Shown: positions 1 through 11,500 of the stretch, one piece after another
Numbering within the stretch: position 1 is the first letter of the stretch
Layout of the letters: the number at the start of each line of letters is the position of its first letter
Virus record (IMG/VR): IMGVR_UViG_3300028738_000008
Strand: one strand, 5' to 3'
Source of the DNA: a virus
Taxonomy: Duplodnaviria; Caudoviricetes
Length of the DNA: 64,000 bases
Program-made: the position numbers and the translations under genes
Notes under the pieces: generated by a model
Told to the model about the DNA's origin: nothing
What the model saw: only the letters and a program-made list of their open reading frames with translations
The model's database searches: none

Positions 1-3
1 TAT

Positions 4-2082
4 ATGTTATCAGCAGTAGCTGGTGCACCATTTAGTTCATTACAGTTTTACGATGTATTATCGGATACTTGGACAACAAAAACAGCTATAGGTGGATTGT
101 TATTGGCAGCATTAGGTACAGACTTTTCAATGGAAATAATAACAAGAGCAACGCCATATGAATCTGGCACATCAACTTCAACAACCACTAGAACATTAAC
201 AGATACATCGAAAACACTTGAGATTGATCGATATTGTAATTATGAGCTAAGAATAACAAGTGGCACTGGTATGGGTATGAAAAATCGTATAGTATCTAAC
301 GGAGTGAATTATTATGAAGTTGAACATCCGTTTCTAGTGCAGCCAGATGCGACATCGACATATGAAATACGTGGAGAAACTAAAAAAATATATGTTGTGG
401 GCAATAATGCTTCATCTATTTACCAGTATTGTATTGATTTTGATCAATGGATAACGGGGCCGTCAATAGATTTGGGACAAACTAGAAACGCATCTATCTC
501 ATATCCAGGTCAGGAGGCTCAGGCTATATTCTCTGGCGTTATAAATCCTAATGGAATTAAAGTGTTAAACCCAACGCCAACAGTGAAAGGCTCAGGATAT
601 GCCGTTGGTGATTTATTTAACATTACGACTGTCGGTACTGTTGGAAAGGGACGTGTTGAATCTATAAGTACTGGTGGGGCAGTTGAATCGGTATCATTAT
701 ATTCAGCTGGATTGAATTATACCACAGGGTCAGGTAAAGCTACCACAATTATTTCAGGTGGTGGTAATAATGCTTTAACGGTAAATATAACCACTGTTGG
801 AACTGTTGCAAGAATGACAACTGTCAGCAATGTAAATTTTTATAAGGGAGACACTGTTACTGTTGCAGGTTGTAATGAGTCTGCATGGAACGCACCGTAT
901 TCTATACTTGCGATTGATTCATTAACCACTTTTGATCTTGTGACAACAGCTACACTTACAATTGTACCATCATTTGTGAATAGTGTTGTATTGATTGTAG
1001 ATTCAACAAAGAATTGGGTTGTCAATGAACATGTTGGCAAAATTGTTAAACTTGACGTCGCAGGTACGTCACCAACCACACAATTAAGAAGAATTACATC
1101 AAATACAGCAACAACATTAACAGTTGCGACCATTGTGGCAGGTGTCAACGGTACATCAAGATATGCTATTCATGGGCCTGAAGGATTTGGCAGGGATAGA
1201 ATGTATGATCTAATTTCTGAAAATGGCGAAGGGCATGCAGCAAGTGGAACATCTGTTACTTTAACTGACACGAGTAAGAATTGGCAGGTTAATCAGTTCC
1301 TTGGTTATAAGGTTAGAATTATTGCAGGCACTGGCGTAGGTAGTGAAATAGCTATTTCAGCCAATGATGCCTCAACTCTAACTCTCACTACGCCAGGATT
1401 TACGCCAGATTCTACGACAAAATATGCTGTTATGGGAGCACATGGGACTGCTAACGGCACATTTGCGCTTACAACATTGGGAGACACTACAAAGAATTGG
1501 ACTGTGAATAAATGGGCTGGCAAAAGAGTTGTTTTTACATCGGGTACTGGACAAAGACAGGAAAGTACAATAGCGTCTAATACTGCAACTGTTTTGACAT
1601 TTGGTGCTGTTGGCGTTGCTCCAGATGCGACAACAACATATACAATATTAGGCGAATCTACACGTGCCACAGCCACATCATTAAGATGGTTGTATGGCAC
1701 AACCCATGATAAGGGTAGATGGCTAATATCTCCACGTGGAGGAAATACAAATACAATTGATAGATATGATATAGTGAACGATATATGGGATATATCAATG
1801 ATCTTTTCGCCGCAATCTGAAATATTTTCGGCTGGAACTTCATACTGTTATGACGGCTTAGATACTTATTACGCTTCAATTGCAGTTGCAGGTGATTTCG
1901 TATATATATTGTCTATAAATTTATTAACGATGGAACTGAATGGCGCATTTCAGACAACAGTATTACAAGGCACAGCACATATAGGCAATCTAATGGAAGT
2001 TGTGACATCTCCCGATGGTGGCAAATTTTTATTCTTGGGCGTTGATACCTCAAGGTTAATGTATAAGACCGCAATATTTTAA
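4..2082 (+). CDS. Virion tail fibre/spike-like beta-rich repeat protein (probably 5'-truncated by the window edge)
   Basis: 692 aa, T/G/S-rich; repeated module TLTDTSKNWxVN..G..V.I..GTG.G; first gene of a structural-like cluster. Confidence 0.5.
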   Translation: MLSAVAGAPFSSLQFYDVLSDTWTTKTAIGGLLLAALGTDFSMEIITRATPYESGTSTSTTTRTLTDTSKTLEIDRYCNYELRITSGTGMGMKNRIVSNGVNYYEVEHPFLVQPDATSTYEIRGETKKIYVVGNNASSIYQYCIDFDQWITGPSIDLGQTRNASISYPGQEAQAIFSGVINPNGIKVLNPTPTVKGSGYAVGDLFNITTVGTVGKGRVESISTGGAVESVSLYSAGLNYTTGSGKATTIISGGGNNALTVNITTVGTVARMTTVSNVNFYKGDTVTVAGCNESAWNAPYSILAIDSLTTFDLVTTATLTIVPSFVNSVVLIVDSTKNWVVNEHVGKIVKLDVAGTSPTTQLRRITSNTATTLTVATIVAGVNGTSRYAIHGPEGFGRDRMYDLISENGEGHAASGTSVTLTDTSKNWQVNQFLGYKVRIIAGTGVGSEIAISANDASTLTLTTPGFTPDSTTKYAVMGAHGTANGTFALTTLGDTTKNWTVNKWAGKRVVFTSGTGQRQESTIASNTATVLTFGAVGVAPDATTTYTILGESTRATATSLRWLYGTTHDKGRWLISPRGGNTNTIDRYDIVNDIWDISMIFSPQSEIFSAGTSYCYDGLDTYYASIAVAGDFVYILSINLLTMELNGAFQTTVLQGTAHIGNLMEVVTSPDGGKFLFLGVDTSRLMYKTAIF

Positions 2083-2092
2083 TATAAAACGT

Positions 2093-2131
2093 TAATAATG
2101 CCATTATTATATGATAATAATGGCATTATTA
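2093..2131. terminator. Perfect 18-bp AT-rich inverted repeat, 3-nt loop
   Basis: taataatgccattattat-atg-ataataatggcattatta directly after the stop at 2082. Confidence 0.6.
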
Positions 2132-2176
2132 TGTGACATTATCATATAATTAGTATTTATATAAAACAAATTATTA

Positions 2177-3184
2177 ATGAAAACCATACATATAATCGAT
2201 GGGGTTACAACTGGTAGAGTATTTGCCAAAGATATTAACGATAATTTTGCCGAACTGAACTCAATCGCTTCTGGCATTACTGAGCTACATCAAGCTGATA
2301 TTGACCTACATCAAGCTGATATTGACCTACATCAAGCTGATATTGACCTCGGTATTCGTATTAATCATATAGTTGTTGGCAGTGGTAGTACATCAACCAC
2401 AGTGTATACAAATCAAACTCCAACACCGTCGGCTTTAGGTGGATGGAATGCTGGCAGCACATTTTCTGGCGCAACCATGCAACAAATGTTTGATGGCTTA
2501 CTATATCCTTATCAAACGCCTACATTGGCAAGTTTTGCAATTACTGGTCAAGCTGGATTGGTTGAGGTTGGTACTAATTTATCAGGATTGAAAACATTTA
2601 CATGGTCTAAAACTAACAGCTCAAATATTAAATCTAATATAGGCTTAATTAGAGATACTGGAGATAATTCTATAATTGAATCTGGAATTAATGTTTTTGG
2701 TCTTACGAGCAAGGTTAGCACATTAACGATAAATAATTCAACGCCAATTACAAAAACATATAGACTTGAGTCTGAAAATACTAATAGTCAGACAATTTTA
2801 AGTAATTCATTTACATTCAGGTCAATTTATCCTGTATTTTCTGGATTCATTGCACAGGCTGATAGACCTTCGTCGTCATCGCTTGATATCGTTAATTCTA
2901 ATAAGAGAATTGTGCTTAGCAATGGTGATACAGTGTTTGCAATTAATTCAGCTGCTACTGACTATAGCTGGATTGCAATTCCTCAAACAGGAAATACACA
3001 ATACACAAATTGGTTTATAACAGCTCTTAATAGTGGTAGTATTGGTGGATCGAGCAACTTATTTGATACAGGTGAAAGTGTATTATTAACGTCGGCAACT
3101 GGACTATGGACAAATGTTCCATATTGGATATATATAACAAATTATCGCACACCAATATTATCAATAACTTTAAAAAGATCATAA
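2177..3184 (+). CDS. Hypothetical virion structural protein with short heptad coiled coil
   Basis: 335 aa ORF; TATTTATA motif at 2154-2161; (L)HQADID x3 near the N-terminus. Confidence 0.55.
   Translation: MKTIHIIDGVTTGRVFAKDINDNFAELNSIASGITELHQADIDLHQADIDLHQADIDLGIRINHIVVGSGSTSTTVYTNQTPTPSALGGWNAGSTFSGATMQQMFDGLLYPYQTPTLASFAITGQAGLVEVGTNLSGLKTFTWSKTNSSNIKSNIGLIRDTGDNSIIESGINVFGLTSKVSTLTINNSTPITKTYRLESENTNSQTILSNSFTFRSIYPVFSGFIAQADRPSSSSLDIVNSNKRIVLSNGDTVFAINSAATDYSWIAIPQTGNTQYTNWFITALNSGSIGGSSNLFDTGESVLLTSATGLWTNVPYWIYITNYRTPILSITLKRS
2285..2349 (+). repeat. 3 x 21-bp perfect tandem repeat (LHQADID)
   Basis: ctacatcaagctgatattgac at 2285, 2306, 2327. Confidence 0.95.
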
Positions 3185-3185
3185 A

Positions 3186-5246
3186 ATGGCAATACAATTA
3201 AGTGATAACATAAACATAAACGCAGCCAAACCAGATGGTGCGAGATATTTTAATAGAGCTAATAGACCTTACGAAAATGTTCAACAGGTTTTAAGTGAGC
3301 TTGCTCAATCTGTCTTACATGAAGGACTTACAGTCAATGTAATGGGAGTAGAGTATTGGTTTCCAGATGGAATTAACTTAGTGGTTAAAGCAGTTGGAAG
3401 TGTAGGCGTTATAGACGTCACCTATTATGAGTTAGCTAATATGATTGATGGCGGCGAATTAACAGCAGGTGCTCAATATCGTATTACTGATTATGCCACA
3501 GTGCATAATATGCTTGATTATGCTAATATGAACGTATTACTTGATTATGATAAGCCAGTGCCAGCACCGACGAATATTGTTGTTCTTCCAGATGCTGTAG
3601 GCTCTAATCCTATAACATATTATTGCGTTGCTTTTGGCTTATTTGATGAAGGTACTAAAATAGGGGGCGAAACATACGTATCCTTATTTTCAGAGGAATT
3701 CACATATACTGAGGGAGGCGAAACAACGTCAACTATGATTAGTTATGATTTTAGCAGTATTGATAATGTGGATTTCTCAAATATAGTGATATTAAGAGGT
3801 TTAGAATCTGGTGTATATACTGCCGAATTGAATGGCATAAGTGCTCAAGATTCGCTTCCTTATGATATGTTCAATCAATTCTTCACTACCGATATATCAT
3901 ATTACTATGAGTATCACGGCTATCCAGAAGACTTTATCAATATAGGTACTACTGAGGAACTTATCGTAACAGCTAATGATAATTATAATTTAGATAAATT
4001 TGCACGATCAGCAGAATATCCACAGGATATTATTTATTATGATTGGAATCCAAATAACTGGCTTTATGATCCTGCATTTTCAAATTACAGTGACTATAGA
4101 AATGGGTATGCTAAGAACCAAAACGTTGTTAGTGGATTTAAAGGTGTGATCAATTTTAGACACGATACGCTTAACGATAATTATATGGGTTATGATTTTA
4201 GAAATGTTAAATATCGTAGATGGTCTACAAACACTGATAGTTGGGTTAATAATATTCCATATGGCGTAGGTAAATATGTTATATATAATAATATACTTTA
4301 TAAGTCAAAAGCTGACAATAATTTAAATTTTAATCCATCATCTAATGTTGAGACTAAATGGCTGATTGTTATGCCTATGAATACACATGGATTTTTTGTT
4401 GCTGAATTTGATTATATTAATGGTAACGGTGAATTTTCAGCTGGTGATAAATATATTGACGTTAAAACATTTGATGTTGACCCCACATCAGGATTTAATA
4501 ATACATACGAGGAATCATGTCTGTCGAATCATTTTCAATCATATAAGGATGATTCTGATAATTGGTATGCATCAGGAAGTTTACTTACAAATAATGTATT
4601 TTTTCTAAATAGCTCAACACAAATCATTATGAATACTTTTGGCTTTGGCTTTTACAGTAATACAGTATACTCTAATTTTTCAAATAATAATTTTGATGAT
4701 TTTTGTTCATATAACATATTCGCATATGAATTTATGTCATCAAAGGCTTCATCAAATTTTTATGGAAATATATTCAAGCTGTCAAACTATAATACATTCG
4801 GCGGAGATTTTGGAAATAATTTTATTGATGAAATCTTATATAATAATACTTTTGGTAGTGGTAATAATAACAACATAATTGGTTATGGCTTTACGAATAA
4901 TACCACTGATAGTGGCTTTCAGAACAACATTATTGGTAGAGATTTTGGCTATAATTCTATAGGCGTAGGTTTTCATGGTAATAACATTAATAATAATTTT
5001 TATAGTAATACTATAAAAAATAATGTTGCTAACTGCGTTATAGGCGAGAGCATGTTAAATTGCGAATTTGATAATAATGTCTCTGAAATTGATTTAACTA
5101 CACAGCCTGAATTAGCCTCTGAAATATATGATTCGAATTATAATCATAGAATATTTGTCGGAGTTAATAGTACTATTTTTGTTGAATGGATTGACGAATT
5201 CTATGATAAAAATATATCAACGATTTCAAATATATCAATGAATTGA
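3186..5246 (+). CDS. Tail fibre-like protein with C-terminal Asn-rich beta-helix repeats
   Basis: GxxFxNNxI-type repeats; shares GAQYRITDY and DFRNVKYRRW blocks with 5302-8517. Confidence 0.55.
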   Translation: MAIQLSDNININAAKPDGARYFNRANRPYENVQQVLSELAQSVLHEGLTVNVMGVEYWFPDGINLVVKAVGSVGVIDVTYYELANMIDGGELTAGAQYRITDYATVHNMLDYANMNVLLDYDKPVPAPTNIVVLPDAVGSNPITYYCVAFGLFDEGTKIGGETYVSLFSEEFTYTEGGETTSTMISYDFSSIDNVDFSNIVILRGLESGVYTAELNGISAQDSLPYDMFNQFFTTDISYYYEYHGYPEDFINIGTTEELIVTANDNYNLDKFARSAEYPQDIIYYDWNPNNWLYDPAFSNYSDYRNGYAKNQNVVSGFKGVINFRHDTLNDNYMGYDFRNVKYRRWSTNTDSWVNNIPYGVGKYVIYNNILYKSKADNNLNFNPSSNVETKWLIVMPMNTHGFFVAEFDYINGNGEFSAGDKYIDVKTFDVDPTSGFNNTYEESCLSNHFQSYKDDSDNWYASGSLLTNNVFFLNSSTQIIMNTFGFGFYSNTVYSNFSNNNFDDFCSYNIFAYEFMSSKASSNFYGNIFKLSNYNTFGGDFGNNFIDEILYNNTFGSGNNNNIIGYGFTNNTTDSGFQNNIIGRDFGYNSIGVGFHGNNINNNFYSNTIKNNVANCVIGESMLNCEFDNNVSEIDLTTQPELASEIYDSNYNHRIFVGVNSTIFVEWIDEFYDKNISTISNISMN

Positions 5247-5301
5247 CGAATTCTATGATATTAGAATTACAAAATAATAATAAATAAAAAAAATATATAT
5301 A

Positions 5302-8300
5302 ATGGCATCATTTAGTTTAGTTTTTGATAATATAAGTAATGCTGACGCCTTAATAGGTGGATCATCGTCAGATATTAATGTTTGGAATACATTCCTTGAC
5401 TTGCCTAATAATGGCACGCCTATTAATAACGTATCTGTCGATGTGAATACAGTAATATTAGCTGGCGGCGCAAATATTCATTTAAAGGATTCGCTATTTG
5501 CAAACAGATTAGCTCTGCTTTCTATTAGCGATACTAATTGTATTGTGAGTGCTGGAGACCAATGCTTTTATGGTTGTACGTCAGTTAATACTTTAAATCT
5601 ACCCACATTAGCAACTGCTGGGGATCAATGTTTTTATGGCTGTAATTCCATAAATACGTTTGAATTGCCATTACTATTAACTGCTGGAAATAGTTGTTTT
5701 GGCGGATGCACAGCAGCTAATTCATTTAATCTATCCTCTTGTACTAATTTAGGAACTGATTTAGGTAATAATAATGTTTTTTATAATATTAGCGGTGGAA
5801 ATATAAGCCTAACAATACCAGCAGCATTAATGACTATTAACGGCGGAAATCCTGATGGTGATATAAGTGATTTATATTCAAGAAATTATATAAACTATAA
5901 TTTAGTTTATTATCCTTTAGAGTTGACATTTAATGATATAGCTAATGCCGATACCTTGATAGGCGGGTCGTCAACTGATGTGAGTTTTTGGAATGCATTT
6001 TTTGACTTACCTAATAATGGTACAGCGTTTACATCTGTAGAGGTTCTTGATAGTACCGTTAAATTATTCGGTGGAGCAAACATTCATTTAAAGGACGATA
6101 TATTTAATTCGAATTTGACATTAATTTCTGTTAATGATATCTTAGGATGCATTGTATCAGCTGGATTTGGCTGTTTTAATGCCTGTACATCTGCAACGTC
6201 TTTTAATTTACCGTCTTTAGCCAATTCTGGCGCATATTTATTTTATAGCTGTACATCTGCAACGTCTTTTAATTTACCATCTTTGATATCTGTCGTTGAT
6301 AGCTGTTTTAATAACTGTATAGCGGCAACATTTTTTAATTTATCATCATGTGTTAATTTAGGATCAACAGCAGATAGTAATTTTGTTTTTGCTAATAATA
6401 TTGGCAATACAATTAGCTTGACAATCCCAATTGAATTGATGACTGTGAATGGCGGAAATCCTGATGGAGATATTCAATATTTACAAGCTAATAACACCGT
6501 TAATATAACTGAGGTTGTAACCACAACCACAACAACCACGACAACAACCACGTTGCCTCCGACAACCACAACTACGACAACCACCGTTAGTCCATTTCCT
6601 CATATAGTTAACTCAAGTACCGAATATGATAGAATAATCATACACTTTAATACGAACGTATATGAGTATATGACATTGGGTAGTATGATCATATTCATTA
6701 ATGGTCAGCAATCAGTAAAGCGCATTCCACATGTATACGGGACTACAACTATCACAATAGACACCGATATAATATCATATGACGATAGCGTTTCTGTATA
6801 TATTCCTCAATATGCTCTTGCTGATAGTAGCAATAACTCTGTTGCAGAGGGAAATTATGCTATAAACAATACAGTCCCGATGTCTACAACCTCGACAACA
6901 ACCACGACAACAACCACGTTGCCACCTGTGCCGCCAAAGAGAAAGGTTCAGCCTAAATTGTTTGCTGATAGAGACCCTTTGAATACTGATAATGCTTTAA
7001 CTTTTATATCTGTTGGACAAATGTGGCATAATAATATTACTGGTGATGAGTTCTACCATAAATTTGATGGGGAATGGGTTGCACTTGGTAGCGGAAGCGG
7101 CGGTGGTATTATTGAAATACTTTATGATGATCTTTATACTTTATACGATAATGGTGAATTTGTAGCTGGACAGCAATATTTATTAACTGATTATATGACG
7201 ACATATACAAGACCTGTTACTAATGAAAATATTGAGTCAGGATTTGTAGAGCCATTATTGCTTACAGCAATCTCAAGTAGGGCTATAAATCCTATATGTT
7301 CAAGTATAATAAGGACTGATGATATTATATATTATCAAATACCCAATAACAGTATTGGATCAACAAAAGGGATTATATACAGGAGAATCGATACTGTGTA
7401 TAATAATGACGTATATACTGATTGGAGAAATATCAAATACCGTAGATGGGCTGTTACCGTTCCTAATGCATGGAATGTAAATGATATACATAATTCAGGA
7501 GATTTGGTTTATAACAGTGCTGATAATAGTATTTATATATGTGCAAAAGATGGTGTTACAGGCGGAGATCCTAATAATGATTATGATAATTGGTTTAATA
7601 CAGGCATTAAAAATGGCTCATATATTTCATCATCATCAACAAATTTCCCTATACAATATAATGGCAATATGTATAATTTGGCTGTTAACGCAGGTATATA
7701 TCTTGATTTTTTGATGATGAATACCGAATCGAGTGTTGATATTCAGAATAATGTTATTATTTCTGGGTATGACGTATTGCCTAATATTGTTATTGATAGC
7801 GTATATGCTAAAGATATTAAAATTGTTAATAGTAGCGATATTACCATCGGCTATGAAAATTCAATGATATCTATTGACTCTAATAATGAACATATTGTAA
7901 TCGGCTCTGGTAACCATAATATATCAATAGGTGCAGGCAATAACAATATTACTATAGGTTCTAATAATCATTCAGTCGCTATTACTAATTACAATAATGA
8001 TATTACAATTGGAAATGACAATTGTACATTATTTATGGATGAATATAATAACAGTGTCACAATTGGCTCAAATTGTGACACTGTTATTATAAGCGTTGAT
8101 AATAATAGTGTGCTTGTAAGCGGTGGCGTAATTGAAGTAAACATTGGATCATATAATAACGGCGTTCGCATGAGTAGTAATTGTTTCAGTGTATATATTC
8201 AAGGTGAAAATTCAAATATATTTATTGGCTCAAATACTGGTAATATATTTATGAGTACAGATAACAGCAACATTATATTTGGTACTAATTGTGCGTATAT

Positions 8301-8517
8301 AACTTTTGATAGCAGTAACCGTAACATTACGTTCGGTGACAATGTTTTAAAATATAACGTTAATAATGCGTTCTTTAATAATTCTACATATTTTGTACCT
8401 GCACAGGTGATGACTAATAAGAGATATAAATTATATGGTAGTGTTAACGGTAACAATGCTTATATGTCATATATCGATAACTTTGACGACATTAATATTA
8501 TAGACATTACAATTTAA
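5302..8517 (+). CDS. Modular adhesin/fibre: two BspA-like (LRR_5) units, Thr-rich linkers, KKxQPK module, beta-helix tail
   Basis: TAGDQCFYGC LRR motifs, GNPDGDI caps, poly-T linkers, C-terminal NxNIxIG repeats. Confidence 0.65.
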   Translation: MASFSLVFDNISNADALIGGSSSDINVWNTFLDLPNNGTPINNVSVDVNTVILAGGANIHLKDSLFANRLALLSISDTNCIVSAGDQCFYGCTSVNTLNLPTLATAGDQCFYGCNSINTFELPLLLTAGNSCFGGCTAANSFNLSSCTNLGTDLGNNNVFYNISGGNISLTIPAALMTINGGNPDGDISDLYSRNYINYNLVYYPLELTFNDIANADTLIGGSSTDVSFWNAFFDLPNNGTAFTSVEVLDSTVKLFGGANIHLKDDIFNSNLTLISVNDILGCIVSAGFGCFNACTSATSFNLPSLANSGAYLFYSCTSATSFNLPSLISVVDSCFNNCIAATFFNLSSCVNLGSTADSNFVFANNIGNTISLTIPIELMTVNGGNPDGDIQYLQANNTVNITEVVTTTTTTTTTTTLPPTTTTTTTTVSPFPHIVNSSTEYDRIIIHFNTNVYEYMTLGSMIIFINGQQSVKRIPHVYGTTTITIDTDIISYDDSVSVYIPQYALADSSNNSVAEGNYAINNTVPMSTTSTTTTTTTTLPPVPPKRKVQPKLFADRDPLNTDNALTFISVGQMWHNNITGDEFYHKFDGEWVALGSGSGGGIIEILYDDLYTLYDNGEFVAGQQYLLTDYMTTYTRPVTNENIESGFVEPLLLTAISSRAINPICSSIIRTDDIIYYQIPNNSIGSTKGIIYRRIDTVYNNDVYTDWRNIKYRRWAVTVPNAWNVNDIHNSGDLVYNSADNSIYICAKDGVTGGDPNNDYDNWFNTGIKNGSYISSSSTNFPIQYNGNMYNLAVNAGIYLDFLMMNTESSVDIQNNVIISGYDVLPNIVIDSVYAKDIKIVNSSDITIGYENSMISIDSNNEHIVIGSGNHNISIGAGNNNITIGSNNHSVAITNYNNDITIGNDNCTLFMDEYNNSVTIGSNCDTVIISVDNNSVLVSGGVIEVNIGSYNNGVRMSSNCFSVYIQGENSNIFIGSNTGNIFMSTDNSNIIFGTNCAYITFDSSNRNITFGDNVLKYNVNNAFFNNSTYFVPAQVMTNKRYKLYGSVNGNNAYMSYIDNFDDINIIDITI

Positions 8518-8541
8518 TTTGCAGATTAATTATAAAAAATT

Positions 8542-11500
8542 ATGACAATACCATTTATAGCGACTTGGGACACTACTAAGGTTAGTGGCGGCGGAAGCGA
8601 ATATAATCAAATAAAGCTGCCCTTAGTTAGCGGCGGAACTTATAATTTTGATATTAATTGGGGTGACGGCAATTCGGAAACTATTACTGCATGGGATCAA
8701 TCTGGTACTATGCATAGTTACGAGACTCCTAATATTTACGAAATTAATATAGACGGCGTTATTAACGGCTGGTCGTTTGCAGATAATAATGATCGTCAGA
8801 AATTGCTTGATGTTATACAGTGGGGTGATTTATTAGTTAGCGATGGCGGAAATCAGTTTAACGGCTGTGGATACTTTACATGCAGTGCAACTGATACGTT
8901 AAATATATCTGGAATTACAAACATGTCGTACATGTTTGCCAATTGTTTTGAATTTACACATAATATCAGTAATTGGGATGTATCTAATGTTACAGATATG
9001 TCATACATGCTTCAATACTGTTGGCAATTTAACCACGATCTCAGTAATTGGGATGTTTCAAAGGTTACCAACATGTCAGGATTATTTAACGGCTGTGAAA
9101 GTTTTAATTCAAATATCAGTAATTGGACTGTATCTGGAGTCACCGATATGTCATATATGTTTGATGCGGCTAAAGCATTTAATCAGGATCTTAGCTCTTG
9201 GGATGTTTCGAATGTGACTACAATGTCATATATGTTTTTTAATGCTCAAATATTCAATCAGGATATTAGTTCTTGGAATATATCTGGTGTTACAAACATG
9301 GATAATTTAATATATCTTAATACAGTATTTTCAACTACTAATTATGATAAACTTTTAAATTCATGGTCATTACAAAGTGTTCAGCCAAACGTGCTTCTTG
9401 GCGTATATCAAACAACTTACACAGCGGTAGCAGCAAAAGAAATATTAACGTCTGCACCGAATAACTGGATAATAACTGACGGCGGATTATACTCTGCCGC
9501 AACTACAACCACTACGACAACTGTTATGCCTGCTGGGGAATTTATATCCACTTGGGTGACATCACGTGGCGATAATGCATCATCCAATAGTATTAAATTA
9601 CCGTTAGTTAGCGGCGGTACTTATAGTTTCACTGTAATTTGGGGCGATGGCTCAAGCGATTATATTTCTGCTTGGGATCAAGCAGAAATTAATCATATAT
9701 ATGCATCAGGAGGCACTTATATAGTTGAAATAAATGGATTGATTAATGGGTGGAAATTTATTGGAGGCCATACAGATGAAGAAAAAATAGACAATATAAA
9801 TCAGTGGGGTTGCTTACAGTTTGGAAATGGCGGCGGAATGGGCGGATGTGTAAATTTAAATTGTAGTGCCACAGATATCCCCAATTTAAGCGGTATCACA
9901 GATATGTCGAGTATGTTTTTTAATTGTTATTATTTGGTATTGGATGCGAGTAGCTGGGACGTTTCGAATGCTACTAATATGGCTGGTATGTTTTCTGGCT
10001 GCTATAATTTCAAATCGGATTTAAGCCAATGGCGTACTGGTAATGTCGTTGATATGAGAAGCATGTTTAGTGATTGTAGTAATTTTACTTCAGATTTAAG
10101 TCAATGGGACACTGCTAATGTTACCGATATGTCTGGGATGTTTTATCAGTGTACATCATTCACATCAAATCTAAGCCAATGGATTACTAGTGCTGTTATC
10201 GACATGAATAATATGTTTAATATGTGTACTTTATTTTCATCTGATTTGAGTCAATGGGACGTGTCTAATGTAACTCAAATGTATTTGATGTTTTACAGAT
10301 GTACCAATTTCAACTCAAATCTCAGTGGATGGAATGTATCGAAGGTTATAGACATGGGCGAAATGTATAATTATGCAAAGTTAAGCATAGTAAATTATAG
10401 TAATATGCTTATTAGCTGGTCTATGAAATCTGTGCAATCTGATGTATCATTGGGAGCAAATGATACTCAATATCTACCATCGGCAGAATCAGCCAGAACA
10501 TTTTTAATGAGTGCCCCTAATAATTGGATGATTTCAGATGCTGGGTTATTTTCAGGAACAATAACAAGTTTAGATTTAACATTTGATAATATAAGTAATG
10601 CTGATACGTTGATAGGCGGATCATCATCGGACGTTAGTCTTTGGAATACTTTATTTGATCTGCCTAATAATGGTACATCATTTACATCTGTTGCTGTTGA
10701 TGGAAACACAGTTAGTTTAGATGGCGGTGTTAATATTCATTTAAGGGATTATTTATTCATAAATAACGTATCATTATTATCTATTGTTGCCGTTAATTGC
10801 GTTACAACAGCTGGAGATAGTTGTTTTCAGAATTGCACAGCAGCAACAAGCTTTAGTTTACCAGCCTTAACAACAGCTGGAGATAGTTGTTTTTATAATT
10901 GCACAGCAGCAACAAGCTTTAGTTTACCAGCCTTAACAACAGCTGGAAACGGTTGTTTTTATTTTTGTACAGCAGCAACAAGCTTTAGTTTACCAGCCTT
11001 AACAACTGTTGGAGATAGTTGTTTTCAGAATTGCACAGCAGCAACAAGCTTTAGTTTACCAGCCTTAATAACTGTTGGAGATTATTGTTTTTATTTATGC
11101 ACAGCAGCAACAACATTTGATCTTAGTTCTTGTACTAATTTAGGTGGTACAACTGGGGACAATAATGTGTTTTATGGTATATCTACGAATTCAATTGATT
11201 TAACAATACCATCAGCCTTGTTGACTGTTAATAACGGTAATCCTGATGGTGATATTCAATACCTTCAAGCAAATAACACTGTTACAATAGTTCGAATGGT
11301 ATTACAGAAGAAGATTCAGCCTAAAATATTTACTGAATATGACCCAACAGATGTAAATAATATGGCTTCTGGATTTTCTTTGGGTCAGGTTTGGCATAAT
11401 ACATTAACAAATAAAGAATTCATTCATGATAGTGATGGCGTATGGATATCGAATAATATAATTGTTGAGGATTCATTCAATGGTATTTATGTTTTATACC

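Noticed and set aside
6521-6590. Poly-Thr acaacc runs as phase-variable slippage repeats
   Set aside because: Mixed codons, in frame; ordinary flexible linkers.
10804-11113. Diversity-generating retroelement acting on the LRR repeats
   Set aside because: No reverse transcriptase or separate template repeat in the window; differences are not adenine-specific.
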